64,000 nt of DNA from NCBI GenBank assembly GCA_963833125.1, contig CAWHWX010000005.1, positions 32,001-96,000 on the forward strand. The letters run 5' to 3'. This document shows, piece after piece, positions 41,812 to 52,385 of the stretch. The DNA is from Candidatus Bathyarchaeota archaeon (lineage in GTDB: Archaea; Thermoproteota; Bathyarchaeia; 40CM-2-53-6). Under the pieces are notes generated by a model. It ran no database searches, had not been told where the DNA came from, and saw only the letters and a list, made by a program, of their open reading frames with translations. A program made the translations under genes and the position numbers. Numbering within the stretch: the first letter of the stretch is position 1; each line of letters starts with the position of its first letter.

Positions 41812-42092
41812 GCTTAGAGCACGTTTACCGCTAGTACTTGCTCAATACTTTCACTGTCAAATCCTGGTCTTAAGCTAGGAATTCAAGGAACGATACCCAT
41901 GGCCGATCCTTGACATCTCCGCAGCATTCCTTAGATCCTTAGAAAAATGGTCGTGCTCAGACTTTCCATGAAAACGTCCTCAATATCGTTTCAAGTTGCG
42001 CTGCGCTGGTCCATTCTCTCCGGAGTCGAGCACTTTCACGCACGTCTCCAGAATATCGTTAACGCCGCCGTACTTGTTGGTAGGTGAATGAT

Positions 42093-42218
42093 TTGAAACA
42101 TTTCGATGTCGTAAAGGTTTGCACGCACCCGAAGAAGATCCGTTACCTATTCAGGAATGATCTTTACGAGTTTCTCAGGTGTGAGGGATGCGGGCAGATC
42201 GTACGCCTACCCCTCTAA
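42093..42218 (+). CDS. 41-aa putative zinc-finger microprotein (not in the ORF track)
   Basis: AGGTGA SD; TTG start; ...VCTHPKK...FLRCEGCGQIVRLPL*. Confidence 0.6.
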   Translation: MKHFDVVKVCTHPKKIRYLFRNDLYEFLRCEGCGQIVRLPL

Positions 42219-42348
42219 ACGGTCGCTGAACCCTGAACCCCGCGCCACACCGTTGGTGAGGATAGCCCCTTTTTTGTGAGATTCAGCTTGGTTCGTTCAC
42301 AGCAACGCATAAAAGAGGATATGTAGATTCTACTTCTGGTAATGTTTC

Positions 42349-42675
42349 TTGGTGGAGGTCGAGTTGGGTGACCTCAAAAAGGTCGGCAAGGATATCGCCG
42401 AAATCTTAGACAAGAGATTGAAGACAGAGGTCCAGGTGAAAGGAAAGATGCTCCTCGTTCCTGACACGGTGAATGGGAAAAGTTGTGGCGTAAAAGATGT
42501 AAAGATGCACGTAAAGCATGCATTGCATCAACTTGGTCTCTCAGGACAGTACAGGGTTCTAACGGAGCATCATCTAGTTCGCATAGTCAAGATCGAAGAG
42601 AAGGCACATTATGCAGACCGTGCTGGGGCGGCACCGCCTCCATCGCAAAGCTTGCCCTACTTCTTTCCGGGCTAA
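42349..42675 (+). CDS. Hypothetical protein, possibly ribosomal eL22-like
   Basis: Size and pattern VKMHVKHALHQLGLSGQYRVL resemble the eL22 C-terminal helix-strand. Confidence 0.5.
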   Translation: MVEVELGDLKKVGKDIAEILDKRLKTEVQVKGKMLLVPDTVNGKSCGVKDVKMHVKHALHQLGLSGQYRVLTEHHLVRIVKIEEKAHYADRAGAAPPPSQSLPYFFPG

Positions 42676-43310
42676 GATGATTCGGCTAGGTCTGTTAGAG
42701 TAATCTGCTTGGCCCCTTTCGACACCATTTCCTTCACTGCAAGTTTCGAGTCCTCGGGTTTCACATTTACACCCTTCGACACGTCATCTAGGTAGTAGAC
42801 TTGGAAGCCGAGGTTTAATGCGTCCAGAACGGTTTCCCTAACACAGTAGTCGGTTGCAAGGCCTCCAACAAAGAGCGCTCGGATTCCACCTCTCAATCCA
42901 AGCCGTAACTTCAGACGCCTCAACCGATGCGCCAAGTCGGTACCTTTGAAGAAAGAGTATGCCTCATCTTTCCTCTCTGCCTTTGAAACAATTTCCCCTT
43001 CATTTGGGGGTAAGAGGTCTGAGCGAAACTTTGCGCCCTCGGTTCCTTGGACACAGTGGGGAGGCCACAGTCCGCCTTGGGCTTTGAATGAGCTATGGTC
43101 GGGTGGATGCCAATCTCGAGTGTAGATGACTGGCGCGCTTGCGCCTCGGAATAGTTGGATGTACTTGTTGAGGACAGGAACTACTCTGTCGCCATCAGGA
43201 ACTGCGAGGGCTCCGCCTGGACAGAAATCATTCTGGATGTCCACTACGACCAGTGCTGTGTGCTTGTCGAGTTTGATTGCCAACTTTGTTGCGTTCTTCC
43301 GTGCGTCCAT
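42672..43310 (-). CDS. pncA: Nicotinamidase/pyrazinamidase
   Basis: VDIQNDFCPGGALAV, DWHP, WPPHCVQGT, GLATDYCV. Confidence 0.95.
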   Translation of the reverse strand: MDARKNATKLAIKLDKHTALVVVDIQNDFCPGGALAVPDGDRVVPVLNKYIQLFRGASAPVIYTRDWHPPDHSSFKAQGGLWPPHCVQGTEGAKFRSDLLPPNEGEIVSKAERKDEAYSFFKGTDLAHRLRRLKLRLGLRGGIRALFVGGLATDYCVRETVLDALNLGFQVYYLDDVSKGVNVKPEDSKLAVKEMVSKGAKQITLTDLAESS

Positions 43311-43402
43311 CCTTGAAAAAGGATTCCCTAAATTGAATCGTCTGCAACCGTAATACTAATCTACCGTCAATTGGTTCACGACGAGAATCTCTAAGAAACG
43401 TC

Positions 43403-44179
43403 GTGTCTAGTTTGGACCTGATTGACGCGATTATACTGGCGGTAGTTGAGGGACTGACTGAGTTCCTGCCCGTTTCGTCAACAGGCCACACAATTCTTGC
43501 AGCCGCGCTGCTGAACATCGCCCAGACGCCATTTGTTAAGAGTTTCGAGCTCTCACTCGAGTTTGGTTCAATCCTCGCAGTCGTAGTGCTCTATTGGAGA
43601 TACTTCTTGGATCTTGAAGTTCTCAAACGTCTGGTCGTCGCCTTTATCCCCACGGGCATAGTTGGGTTACTGATTTACAATTTCTTCAAGGACGTGCTTT
43701 TCGGAAATGAACAAATCGTTTTGTGGGCGTTACTCTTGGGAGGTATTTTCATTATTCTATTCGAATGGCGGTACAAGGAACGTGCAGGGGTCGATGACAT
43801 ATCTAAAATTCCATACCGAGATTGCCTGCTCATCGGCCTATTTCAAGCGGTGTCTGTGATACCTGGCGTTTCCAGGTCGGCCCCCACGATCATGGGCGGT
43901 TTAGCTTTGGGTATGAAGCGGCAAACAATCGTCCTATTCTCATTTCTGCTCGCGGTGCCGACTATGATAGCGGCTTCAGGGTTTGACCTTGTAATGTCCT
44001 ACAACGAATTCTCGTCCGGCCAAGTGGAGCTGTTGCTCGTCGGATTTGTTGCTTCCTTCCTCGTCGCCATACCCGCCATCAAACTGTTTCTAGGCTATGT
44101 AAGGAAACATAACATCATTCCGTTCGGCATCTACAGAATTTTATTGGTTATCGTGTTTTACTTCTTCGTAATCCTCTAA
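43403..44179 (+). CDS. uppP: Undecaprenyl-diphosphate phosphatase (BacA)
   Basis: VEGLTEFLPVSSTGH, PGVSRS, FSFLLAVP. Confidence 0.95.
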   Translation: MSSLDLIDAIILAVVEGLTEFLPVSSTGHTILAAALLNIAQTPFVKSFELSLEFGSILAVVVLYWRYFLDLEVLKRLVVAFIPTGIVGLLIYNFFKDVLFGNEQIVLWALLLGGIFIILFEWRYKERAGVDDISKIPYRDCLLIGLFQAVSVIPGVSRSAPTIMGGLALGMKRQTIVLFSFLLAVPTMIAASGFDLVMSYNEFSSGQVELLLVGFVASFLVAIPAIKLFLGYVRKHNIIPFGIYRILLVIVFYFFVIL

Positions 44180-44247
44180 CCCAATTGGGGTTACGCGATC
44201 TGATTCGGTACGGTAATCTATTCGGTTTGATATGCGTGGCTTGGTTT

Positions 44248-44379
<132 letters not shown>

Positions 44380-44581
44380 ATACCACACCCTATTTCGCGC
44401 TGTTTATGCGCAGATTTTACGCAACCGGGGCGAGTTTTAAACTGCGGGTTTCCTGCTCTAGTTTTCATTTCCAACGAGCGTTTGAACCCACATATCCTGT
44501 TACAGAAACGAGTTACTCGGAGCCTCTTGAGCAATGCTCTGAGCGTTGAATCTTGGGATTTCGAACCTGGGAACGACGGAG

Positions 44582-45566
44582 TTATTGGTAGCTCGTAAGT
44601 GGCCTATGCTTGCCTTCAATTTCCTCAATGATGTTCTTCAGGGAGACGATATTCGTTGCATCCAGTCTCTTCTTCAGATCGTATATGATGTTCGGCGTAA
44701 CCAGTGCTTCCAGTTGCGATCAATAAACCGTACAATGGATGATTTCCTTCGTCTCTGATGTCGATTCGAAACACTGTTCTCCTAATTCGATTTACGACCT
44801 GGAGTTTGGATTCAAAGTATTCGACTATAGGGCCGTAGCCTTCAAGCTGAAGCCAAGCCTCATGAGGGTCTCCAAAGTACTTCTCCAGAAACGGAACGTA
44901 CGAAGCATCAGTTCTTGCTTTCTGAACATTTCTTGCGACGCCTTCGGTGAAGTTGAAAACCAAATCCCCTTTTCCTCGACCAAGAAGTGTCACAAGGGTC
45001 TCCCATGCAGTTTCGGTGTACCCTTCGGGATCAAAGAGGGCAAGGAAGCAGGTTTGGTCCGGGTCGTTCTCATAGATCTCGCTTAGAATGTTGGGAAGTA
45101 CCGTGTTGCAGTCGCCTCTCGCAACGCTATATTGCCTATTCGTTGATTTGCTGATTCCAGAAAGCCGCCCATCCAACAAATCGGCTTTGGCGGCGTTGTC
45201 TTCGACAAAGAAGTATTTCTCAAAATGGGGAGGGGTGGTTTCGGCTGCGAGCGCCACCATCGCTGACCCCGGCACGACATTCTTGTCATCCAGTTTTACT
45301 AGCCCTGAACCAGCGAGCAAATCGAGGTAGAAGCAATGGGAATAATGCCCTGTACGCGCAAGACGGCCGAACTGTGGGATCAAGTAGTTAATCGCAATGA
45401 GTTTCTTGAGAGACCAAAACCCGTACTCGACGTCTTGGGGGGACGCGGTGTCGGCTCCGACATATTTCTTCTTGAGGTCAAAAAGGGTGGCTAGATGTTT
45501 TTTCATCCATTCATACTGGGTGAGTCTTTTGCGCTTCAAACGCTTGTCAGGGCTGATGGAGCGCAT
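44582..45566 (-). CDS. tcmP: Three-Cys-motif partner protein TcmP (methyltransferase-like), frameshifted near 44690
   Basis: WSLKKL, YLDLLAGSG, GS...AL, GDCN, LFDPEG; adjacent to DUF5131. Confidence 0.85.
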
Positions 45567-46327
45567 AATTCACCCCTCGAGGGAAGCTCAGTTCGAGGCA
45601 GAGGTATCGACACGTGTGTGGGGTATTCGTTCCATTCTCGTCCGTCGAGCAGTCTACCCCCTGATTTTGGTGTTGGGCCGCCAACTTGTTTGAAGAAGAA
45701 AGATACTTCCTCTCTAACGCATTGTTCTCTGATTTCTCGCGCCCATTCGCTATTGAATGGCCTGTACCCTGGTCCTGATTCGCCCCCTACTATGACCCAA
45801 TGGATTCCCCGCAGATCGAGTTTTCCTACGGGTCCTATCAATGGTTCAATGCTCAAGAATCGAACATTCGCCTTCACTTTCCTTAGATGGTCGATCCTAA
45901 ACTTGTATGAACTGGATTCGACGGATACTCCACACCACATGTTCGCTGGGAAACTGCCGACACGTTCTCCGTATTTCATCATCCGCCACGAGCGCTTCGT
46001 AAGCACCTGATAGGAATGCTGCGGTGTACGCCGCATGATTTCCAATACCCTGTCAAGGAATTCAAAAGGGATCTTCTCGTGGAAGAAGTCGCTCATGGAG
46101 TTTGTGAAGACAAGTTTTGGTTGATGCCACGTTAGCGGCTTTTCCAACATTCCTTCGTGCAAGTGGATCTCGCTGGGTGCCCATTGATACGTGAGCGAAC
46201 CCATCTTCTTGAGCCTAGGATATAGTCGGAACATGTAGCAGTTCTGGCAGCCTTCGGAGATCTTGGTACAACCCGTAGCCCAATTCCAAGTCGCAGTAGT
46301 CCACTCGATAGATGATCGGTCGGCCAT
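45536..46327 (-). CDS. DUF5131 (phage Gp37/Gp68) family protein
   Basis: IEWT..TWN..TGCTKISEGCQNCY, NSMSD.FH, LTKR, WVIVGGESG, FFFKQ.GG. Confidence 0.95.
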   Translation of the reverse strand: MADRSSIEWTTATWNWATGCTKISEGCQNCYMFRLYPRLKKMGSLTYQWAPSEIHLHEGMLEKPLTWHQPKLVFTNSMSDFFHEKIPFEFLDRVLEIMRRTPQHSYQVLTKRSWRMMKYGERVGSFPANMWCGVSVESSSYKFRIDHLRKVKANVRFLSIEPLIGPVGKLDLRGIHWVIVGGESGPGYRPFNSEWAREIREQCVREEVSFFFKQVGGPTPKSGGRLLDGREWNEYPTHVSIPLPRTELPSRGELCAPSALTSV

Positions 46328-46371
46328 AGGCTACGTCACCGACCTCTATCCCTATCGGCTTATGGCTTTTA

Positions 46372-47140
46372 TTAGCTGGAAGGCGTCTGAGGAGAGATGG
46401 TCGGGGCCGGGGTCCTATCAATAATAGATGTTGGCATTGCGAGTTTGTGTTCCAATTCGAATACCGGCCTGTTTTTGGAGGCGATTTTGTTCAAGACGAA
46501 GGCAGCGTCCTTTGGCGAATCCCAGATCGCGTCCAAGACTTCTTTGACTTCTTCCTCGTTTCTGCAATCTCGGCAAATCCGTTGTACCGTAATTTGATGG
46601 TCGATCCCTCGTTGCACTAGTTTTTCATTCAAATCTGATGTCCGGATGAGTTGAATGTTACATCTCGCGGCGTATTGGCTTAGAGTTAAGATTCCTCCAT
46701 CCTTCAGTCGGATCCTCTCTTTTGGATCAAAGGTTCCTCCAGCGAACACCCCGACGACGCCGTTTCTCATTGCTCGGCCATCGGGGGTGTCGACTCCAAA
46801 GTCCATGCTGTAGCGAAGTATGTTCTGAAATTCATCAAGGGTTCGTTTCGTTACTAGGCTGCTCTTGCACTCCAGGCAAAATGTGATTGGCGATTGCAGC
46901 GGGCCTGGCGAGACTTCCCAAACCCGGTCCAATTCAGCGTTCGTTCTTCGATCGCCGACGCTACGTATGAGATGGGTTGTGATTCTGCGTGGGTGCATTC
47001 CTTTTCCACGATGTTGTTGGCTCCAAAACTTCGCTCCAGTCGCAGTCCGTTCGATGAACCAACCTACTACAGATTCAAAGTTGTGCCCCGTTCTGTTCGC
47101 GGCGCCTTTCGATCTTCGGATAAAGTTCTCTCGAAGTTGA
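46372..47140 (-). pseudogene. Probably 5'-truncated PD-(D/E)xK nuclease-like protein
   Basis: GHNFE...ELDRVW...LECK pattern; ORF upstream of ~47140 reads as non-protein and overlaps opposite-strand wHTH fragments. Confidence 0.55.
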
Positions 47141-47315
47141 ATTGCCGAAAATGTCCAACCATGTACTATATCGCAGATCTGCAATGAACTGAAGGCATTA
47201 CCGCGCAAAGATATTCTCTCGTCTTTGAACTTCCTTGAAGAACAGGGCAAGCTCGACAAGACAACCGATAGGCAGTACCTAATCCCAGGCGAAGAGGAAC
47301 TCGAACAGTCAACAG

Positions 47316-47594
47316 ATGAAGAAACCAACTCAAAGAACTAACCAGCTCAAGAACTCCAAGGATGTGAATTCGATGGCTGCTGAAATCCCACGATTCAAAG
47401 TCGACGTAATCCTCTGGCATGCTATCGAGCGACTCAATAAGAGACAGCAAACGGCCGACTTGTGGAATATTCTGAAGGAACTCAAATCAAACGGTCGAAT
47501 GCTAACGGAGAAGGAGATCTTGGCGTCGCTGGAACATCATAACGCATATGGTCAAAATACTAAAAACGGCAACAAGCAATATGCTGTCGCATAA
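47316..47594 (+). CDS. Small winged-helix-like protein or remnant
   Basis: ILWHAIERL...DLWNILKEL...LTEKEILASL. Confidence 0.4.
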   Translation: MKKPTQRTNQLKNSKDVNSMAAEIPRFKVDVILWHAIERLNKRQQTADLWNILKELKSNGRMLTEKEILASLEHHNAYGQNTKNGNKQYAVA

Positions 47595-48056
47595 TCCAAC
47601 ACCACCTACTTTCTCGGTTTACTTAGCTTCTTGGAGGTGCAATGACCGCAGCAATAATTCCTAGGATAACATTCGCTAAGTTGTCTGATAGGAACTGCCC
47701 TACTACGTGATGCCAAATCTCAAGCTCCTCATGGAGGCGAGTTGTATCAATCAGCTCGCCTAGGATTGACTTCAGATTTCCTATGAATTGTTCTTGTCCA
47801 AACATTGCATACCGTCGATAATCAGCTGAATTTGGTTGGAAACCGTAACGGTCTTATCGTTCTGACCCGCCACAAGATTCAAGGCAATTGGCCTGCAGAA
47901 TCTCTCTAAATCGCGGATTCCGAAGCGAGCTGTCCTTTGCAAAAGCTTGTTGTATAACAGAAGTCCGTCCAGGCATAGCTTAGATGTTGTATCAATATTG
48001 TGGTTATCCTTCACCGTGAAGTGCTTGGCCAAATCAGTATGAATTCAAGTCTCCCA

Positions 48057-48996
48057 CTAATGCGCGACGATGGGATCTTCAGTACGGTTGTTTGATGCAA
48101 GGATTCGCTCAAACGGGCTTTCCCCGGTATCCGAAAGGCTCTCTCGCACAAATTCATCGATGAGGTTGTGAAAGACAAGCCTCTTTGCAATTAAGAAGTG
48201 CTTCAATCTTTCTGTTTTCGCTCTGGAGATGACGGCATCCAGCCGTATGAGGGCGATTCGCAAAACTAAGATTGACTCGCCCAACACTTCTCCAGGACGA
48301 TCGTCGGTCAACTCTTTGGAGCAAGAGAGCTTGGTCATATGCAGATGCGTTTTCTCAATTGCATTCATTGAACGAATATCTCGTATTGTGTGTCTCAATT
48401 CATGTGTGTTCATCTTCTCTTCAGCAATTATCTTGAGAGCCTGTCGTTGTTGCTCATCACTGTCAAGAGAGAGAATTTCTCCAGCAGCCGTAACCGTTAT
48501 TTCATTCTCTCTAAGCTGCGTGTTGAACATCATCTGGCAGATCAAGAAGAGCAATTCGATGGGATATGTATTCTTGACTCTTCCCAATCTTCTTTGCGAG
48601 TTCGCTTTGACCTCCCCACCCGAGCTCGTCGCAATATCGCTTGAATGCAACGGCCTCCTCAATTGGGTCAAGTGTCTTTCTTTGAATATTCTCGGTGAGA
48701 GCAATTTCAAAAGAAGATTTGTCGTCTAGATCTAGCACCATACACCTTATTCGTTTATGCCTGAGCAATTTGCATGCTTTCAATCGCCTGTTACCCGCAA
48801 CTACCTCGAATCTTCCTTTCACAGGCCTAACAACGATTGGCTCTAGCAAACCGTGTTCACGTATGGACTCTACTAGTTGAACCACGTTGGTAGTCGTAGG
48901 ATCACGAAGTGGTTTCGGTGGAGAACTGGTAAGCGATATCGCTATGTTGTCAAAAACGGCAAGGGAGTACAAGTACCTGTTCATTCTATTGACCAT
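48057..48996 (-). CDS. parB: ParB/RepB/Spo0J family protein, frameshifted near 48515
   Basis: GLLEPIVVR, VVAGNRRLKA, ENIQRKTLDPIEEA, HTH. Confidence 0.9.
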
Positions 48997-49063
48997 TACA
49001 TGAGCCCAGTGGTCGCAAAATGCCCTGCGATGACATCGCCCTTTTATCTACAAAAGGATAAGT

Positions 49064-49916
49064 GTGTGTTTTGTGACACACACGAGCCACGTCGAACTAG
49101 TCAAGTCTTTGCTCGATTTCGGCCTTACAAACACTGAAGCCTTCGTATTTGAAGCAGCTCTAAACCTGGGAGAAGCGACCACTAGACAGATTTCTATTGC
49201 TGCTGGAAAGGAAAGAGCACAAACATACCACGTAGTTGCGCAGACTCCAACGACTAGGTCTTGTAGACGTGACGTTGTCGGCACCTGCTCGGTTTAGGCC
49301 AGTCGAGCTGAAATACGCGTTAGACCGTCTTTACCTTCACCAGACCGTCAAACTTAGCAAGCTCGATGAAATGCGCAATAAAATTGTGAAAGTTCAGCAT
49401 TCGGATGTCAAAATACCGTTCGCCGATTCTTATTCGGTTGTAAAGGGCCGAATCAATGTGTATCTTAAGACAATTGAAGCATTGAAGCAGAGTCAGACCA
49501 GCGTCTCAATGATGCTATCGGCGCAAGGCCTAACTCGATTTAGGTGCTTCCCCAATATGATGAACACTATTCGATCACGAGCTAGAAGAGGTGTCGAATT
49601 CAGGATAATTGCACAAGTCAACTCACGCAATATAGACGATGCGAAGACTTTCTCGAAATTCTGCGAAGTAAGGCACGTTAATAATCAATTCACCAACGCT
49701 TCGGTATATGACGAGAGGATCGGATCCATAGCGCTTTCACTGAACGAAACACTCGATGTCGACGAAGCCGAGCATGTCTCTTTTTGGACAACTGCGAATG
49801 GGTTCGTTGGAACTCTCGTTAGTTACATTAATTCGGCGTGGTTCATCGCGGCACCGCTAGATCTTGTAAAGGTCGAATCTGATCTCGAATCTAGTGCATT
49901 ACATCCAAGCTCTTAA
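49064..49916 (+). CDS. TrmB family transcriptional regulator, frameshifted near 49235
   Basis: FGLTNTEA..F..AL...TY..LRRLQRLGLV; effector domain. Confidence 0.85.
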
Positions 49917-49975
49917 CGTGTCTTCCTACCCATAACTCCCAAGGGGAGATCGTTCCAGGGTTGTTGTTGTACGCG

Positions 49976-51220
49976 TCATCGTCGAGCTTTCCTCTCAACT
50001 ACCTTTCGAATGGCTACAGCCTGCGCAGCAATGACTTCGGGTTGTATTCCATGATGCACTGGGATCACAATAGAGCGGGGAGCCACGTTTTCCAGTTTTG
50101 GACAAATTCCCCTCTCGTATCTAACGTAGTCAGGTAAGACTGTTCCTAGCGAGGTTCTTCTCTTCACATTCATTTCACGAAAAACAGGTTCCAGATAACT
50201 CGGGGTTCTGTGCCAAAATGCGTTTTCTAGCCACAGCTCCGTTTGCTCCTCTTCTTTACATAACCGAACGACCTCCTCTGCTAGCAGGTTAACCTTTTCA
50301 TCTATCACGATATGATACCCCCAGTAACTAGGCACAGTCTCTGGGTAAACATAAGGCAAATGAATGCCCGGTACCGCGCCAAGTTCTTTTGAAAGAATGT
50401 CCACTAGATGCTGACGCCTCGCGTTGAATGTCTCAATTTTAGATAGCTGGGCCAATCCAACAGCAGCCTGCAACTGCCCCATTCTATAGTTATGGCCAAA
50501 ACTAAAGAAGTGAAAATCAGGTTCTGGTTTCTTCGCACCTCTTATCGCCCCTACGTTCGTGAACGTGGCGGCTTTTGAGAAAATGTCCGAATCATTCGTT
50601 ACTACTATTCCACCTTCGCCGGTCGTGAAATGCTTTGTCTGCTGCAGACTGTAAGCGGCCACATCTCCTATAGTCCCTGCTAATCGTCCCTTGTAAAATG
50701 CATCGTAGGCTTCAGCAGCGTCCTCGATCACGAATAGGTCGTGTTTTCCAGCGATTTCCATTATGGGATCCATATCTGCTGGTTGACCATAGATATGGAC
50801 AGGCATTATTGCCTTGGTGTGTTCGGTTACCTTCCGGCCCACGTCGGTCGGGTCAAGGCACCCATTTCGCGGATCGACATCAGCAAAAACTGGAACGGCG
50901 CCCATGGCAACAACTGAGATTGAGGAAGCGATAAACGACTTACCTGTGACGATAACCTCGTCACCAGGCCCTATCTCACATCCAGCCATAGCAGCTTCAA
51001 GCGCCGATGTACCAGAGTTCACAGCGAGAGCATGTTTGAGCTTCATTCGCGCGGCGAATTTATCTTGAAACTCGGTAATGTAATATCCAACTCCGACCGG
51101 ATTCAAAGAGTCATTGTAATCGTAATAGCAAAGTTGCTGCCTCTTCAACACGTCGTCGAGAATCTTCCTTTCTTCTTCACCCAAAAATCGTAGGTTTTGA
51201 TCATAGTTGATTGTTTTCAT
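49976..51220 (-). CDS. DegT/DnrJ/EryC1/StrS family PLP aminotransferase
   Basis: NSGTSAL, PVHIYGQPADM, IEDAAEA, SLQQTKHFTTGEGG, NYRM. Confidence 0.94.
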   Translation of the reverse strand: MKTINYDQNLRFLGEEERKILDDVLKRQQLCYYDYNDSLNPVGVGYYITEFQDKFAARMKLKHALAVNSGTSALEAAMAGCEIGPGDEVIVTGKSFIASSISVVAMGAVPVFADVDPRNGCLDPTDVGRKVTEHTKAIMPVHIYGQPADMDPIMEIAGKHDLFVIEDAAEAYDAFYKGRLAGTIGDVAAYSLQQTKHFTTGEGGIVVTNDSDIFSKAATFTNVGAIRGAKKPEPDFHFFSFGHNYRMGQLQAAVGLAQLSKIETFNARRQHLVDILSKELGAVPGIHLPYVYPETVPSYWGYHIVIDEKVNLLAEEVVRLCKEEEQTELWLENAFWHRTPSYLEPVFREMNVKRRTSLGTVLPDYVRYERGICPKLENVAPRSIVIPVHHGIQPEVIAAQAVAIRKVVERKARR

Positions 51221-51369
51221 GAAAGTCGCGAATGTGGGGACAAACTGCGATTAATATATTGATGCATTTTGTCGTTAACTGGGCAACTACGCCGTTGCGG
51301 TATTCTGCAACGGTTATCCCTTAGTAACCTCTTAGGATTCCTAGCCTGCAAATCGGGAAGCGAACTCTC

Positions 51370-52200
51370 ATGTCGATTAAGTTGTCATGCCACACAATAG
51401 CATTTCACTCGCAGCCGTTTGAGTATGCTGTGAAGAAGATAGCTCAAATTGGATATGAGGGTATCGAGCTAAATGCTGAGACTAACTGGGCCAAGCCGCA
51501 CATCACCCCTGAAACTCCTAAGGTGCAGAGGAAAGCAATGGCAGAACTGGTCAGGAGACATGGGCTGCTGGTTTCTTCGATGTGTGCCCATACGTCCCTA
51601 ATCGAGCCATCGCCCGAGAAACGTAAACAAGGAGTACAATACACAAAGGCATGCATCGAAATCGCATTGGAGTTCGAGACAAACATCGTACATGTGATTT
51701 CCGGCAACCTCACTAGGGGAGTTCAGAAAGAAATGGCGCTAGAGTGGTTAGTCTCCGAACTCTCAGAGTTAATAGATTTTTCAAAAGAAAGAGGGGTGAG
51801 ACTCGCATTTGAAGCTGCTGTGAATCAACTCGTCGCAAATGGCATTGATCTGGATAATCTTATCCACGAGGTCGGCAGCAAAAAACTCTACGTCAATTTT
51901 GATCCCAGTCACTTGGTTCTTTATGGAGAAGCTGCAAGCGATTCCGCGATGAGGTTTGCTGATCGTATTGTTCATGTGCACGCCAAGGATGCCAAGGGGC
52001 GCCCAAATAATTTTGAGTTTCCACCTCTTGGAGCTGGTGTCGTCGATTTTCGCAGCCTGATTCGGGTGCTAACGAAGATACGATACGACGGATTCATCTC
52101 AGTTGAGTATGAGGGGGAATTATTTGGGTATGGGAACGATCCTGAGCCTGCAATAATAAATAGCAGAGCTTTCTTGAAAGATCTCATTGACGCTGCCTAG
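51370..52200 (+). CDS. Sugar phosphate isomerase/epimerase (xylose-isomerase-like TIM barrel)
   Basis: AFE, NFDPSH, HVHAKD, GAGVVDF, SVEYE. Confidence 0.92.
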   Translation: MSIKLSCHTIAFHSQPFEYAVKKIAQIGYEGIELNAETNWAKPHITPETPKVQRKAMAELVRRHGLLVSSMCAHTSLIEPSPEKRKQGVQYTKACIEIALEFETNIVHVISGNLTRGVQKEMALEWLVSELSELIDFSKERGVRLAFEAAVNQLVANGIDLDNLIHEVGSKKLYVNFDPSHLVLYGEAASDSAMRFADRIVHVHAKDAKGRPNNFEFPPLGAGVVDFRSLIRVLTKIRYDGFISVEYEGELFGYGNDPEPAIINSRAFLKDLIDAA

Positions 52201-52385
52201 GTTGTTGCTCCTGATTACGCGTCGGAATGTGAAAAAATGAAGCGTCACCGGAAGGGAAGCTGACTTCTGTAGAATTTAGTCGGCGCCGACTAAATTTTTG
52301 AAGCTTCATTTCAAGATCGAAGTTTCCCGTAGATTCTCTAATTGTTTTATTCTGAACATGGCGTACGGCGCCTACGGGTTTGTAG

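Noticed and set aside
47623-48032. Two minus-strand ORFs between the wHTH remnant and parB
   Set aside because: No recognisable motifs; probably shadows of a decayed gene in the island.
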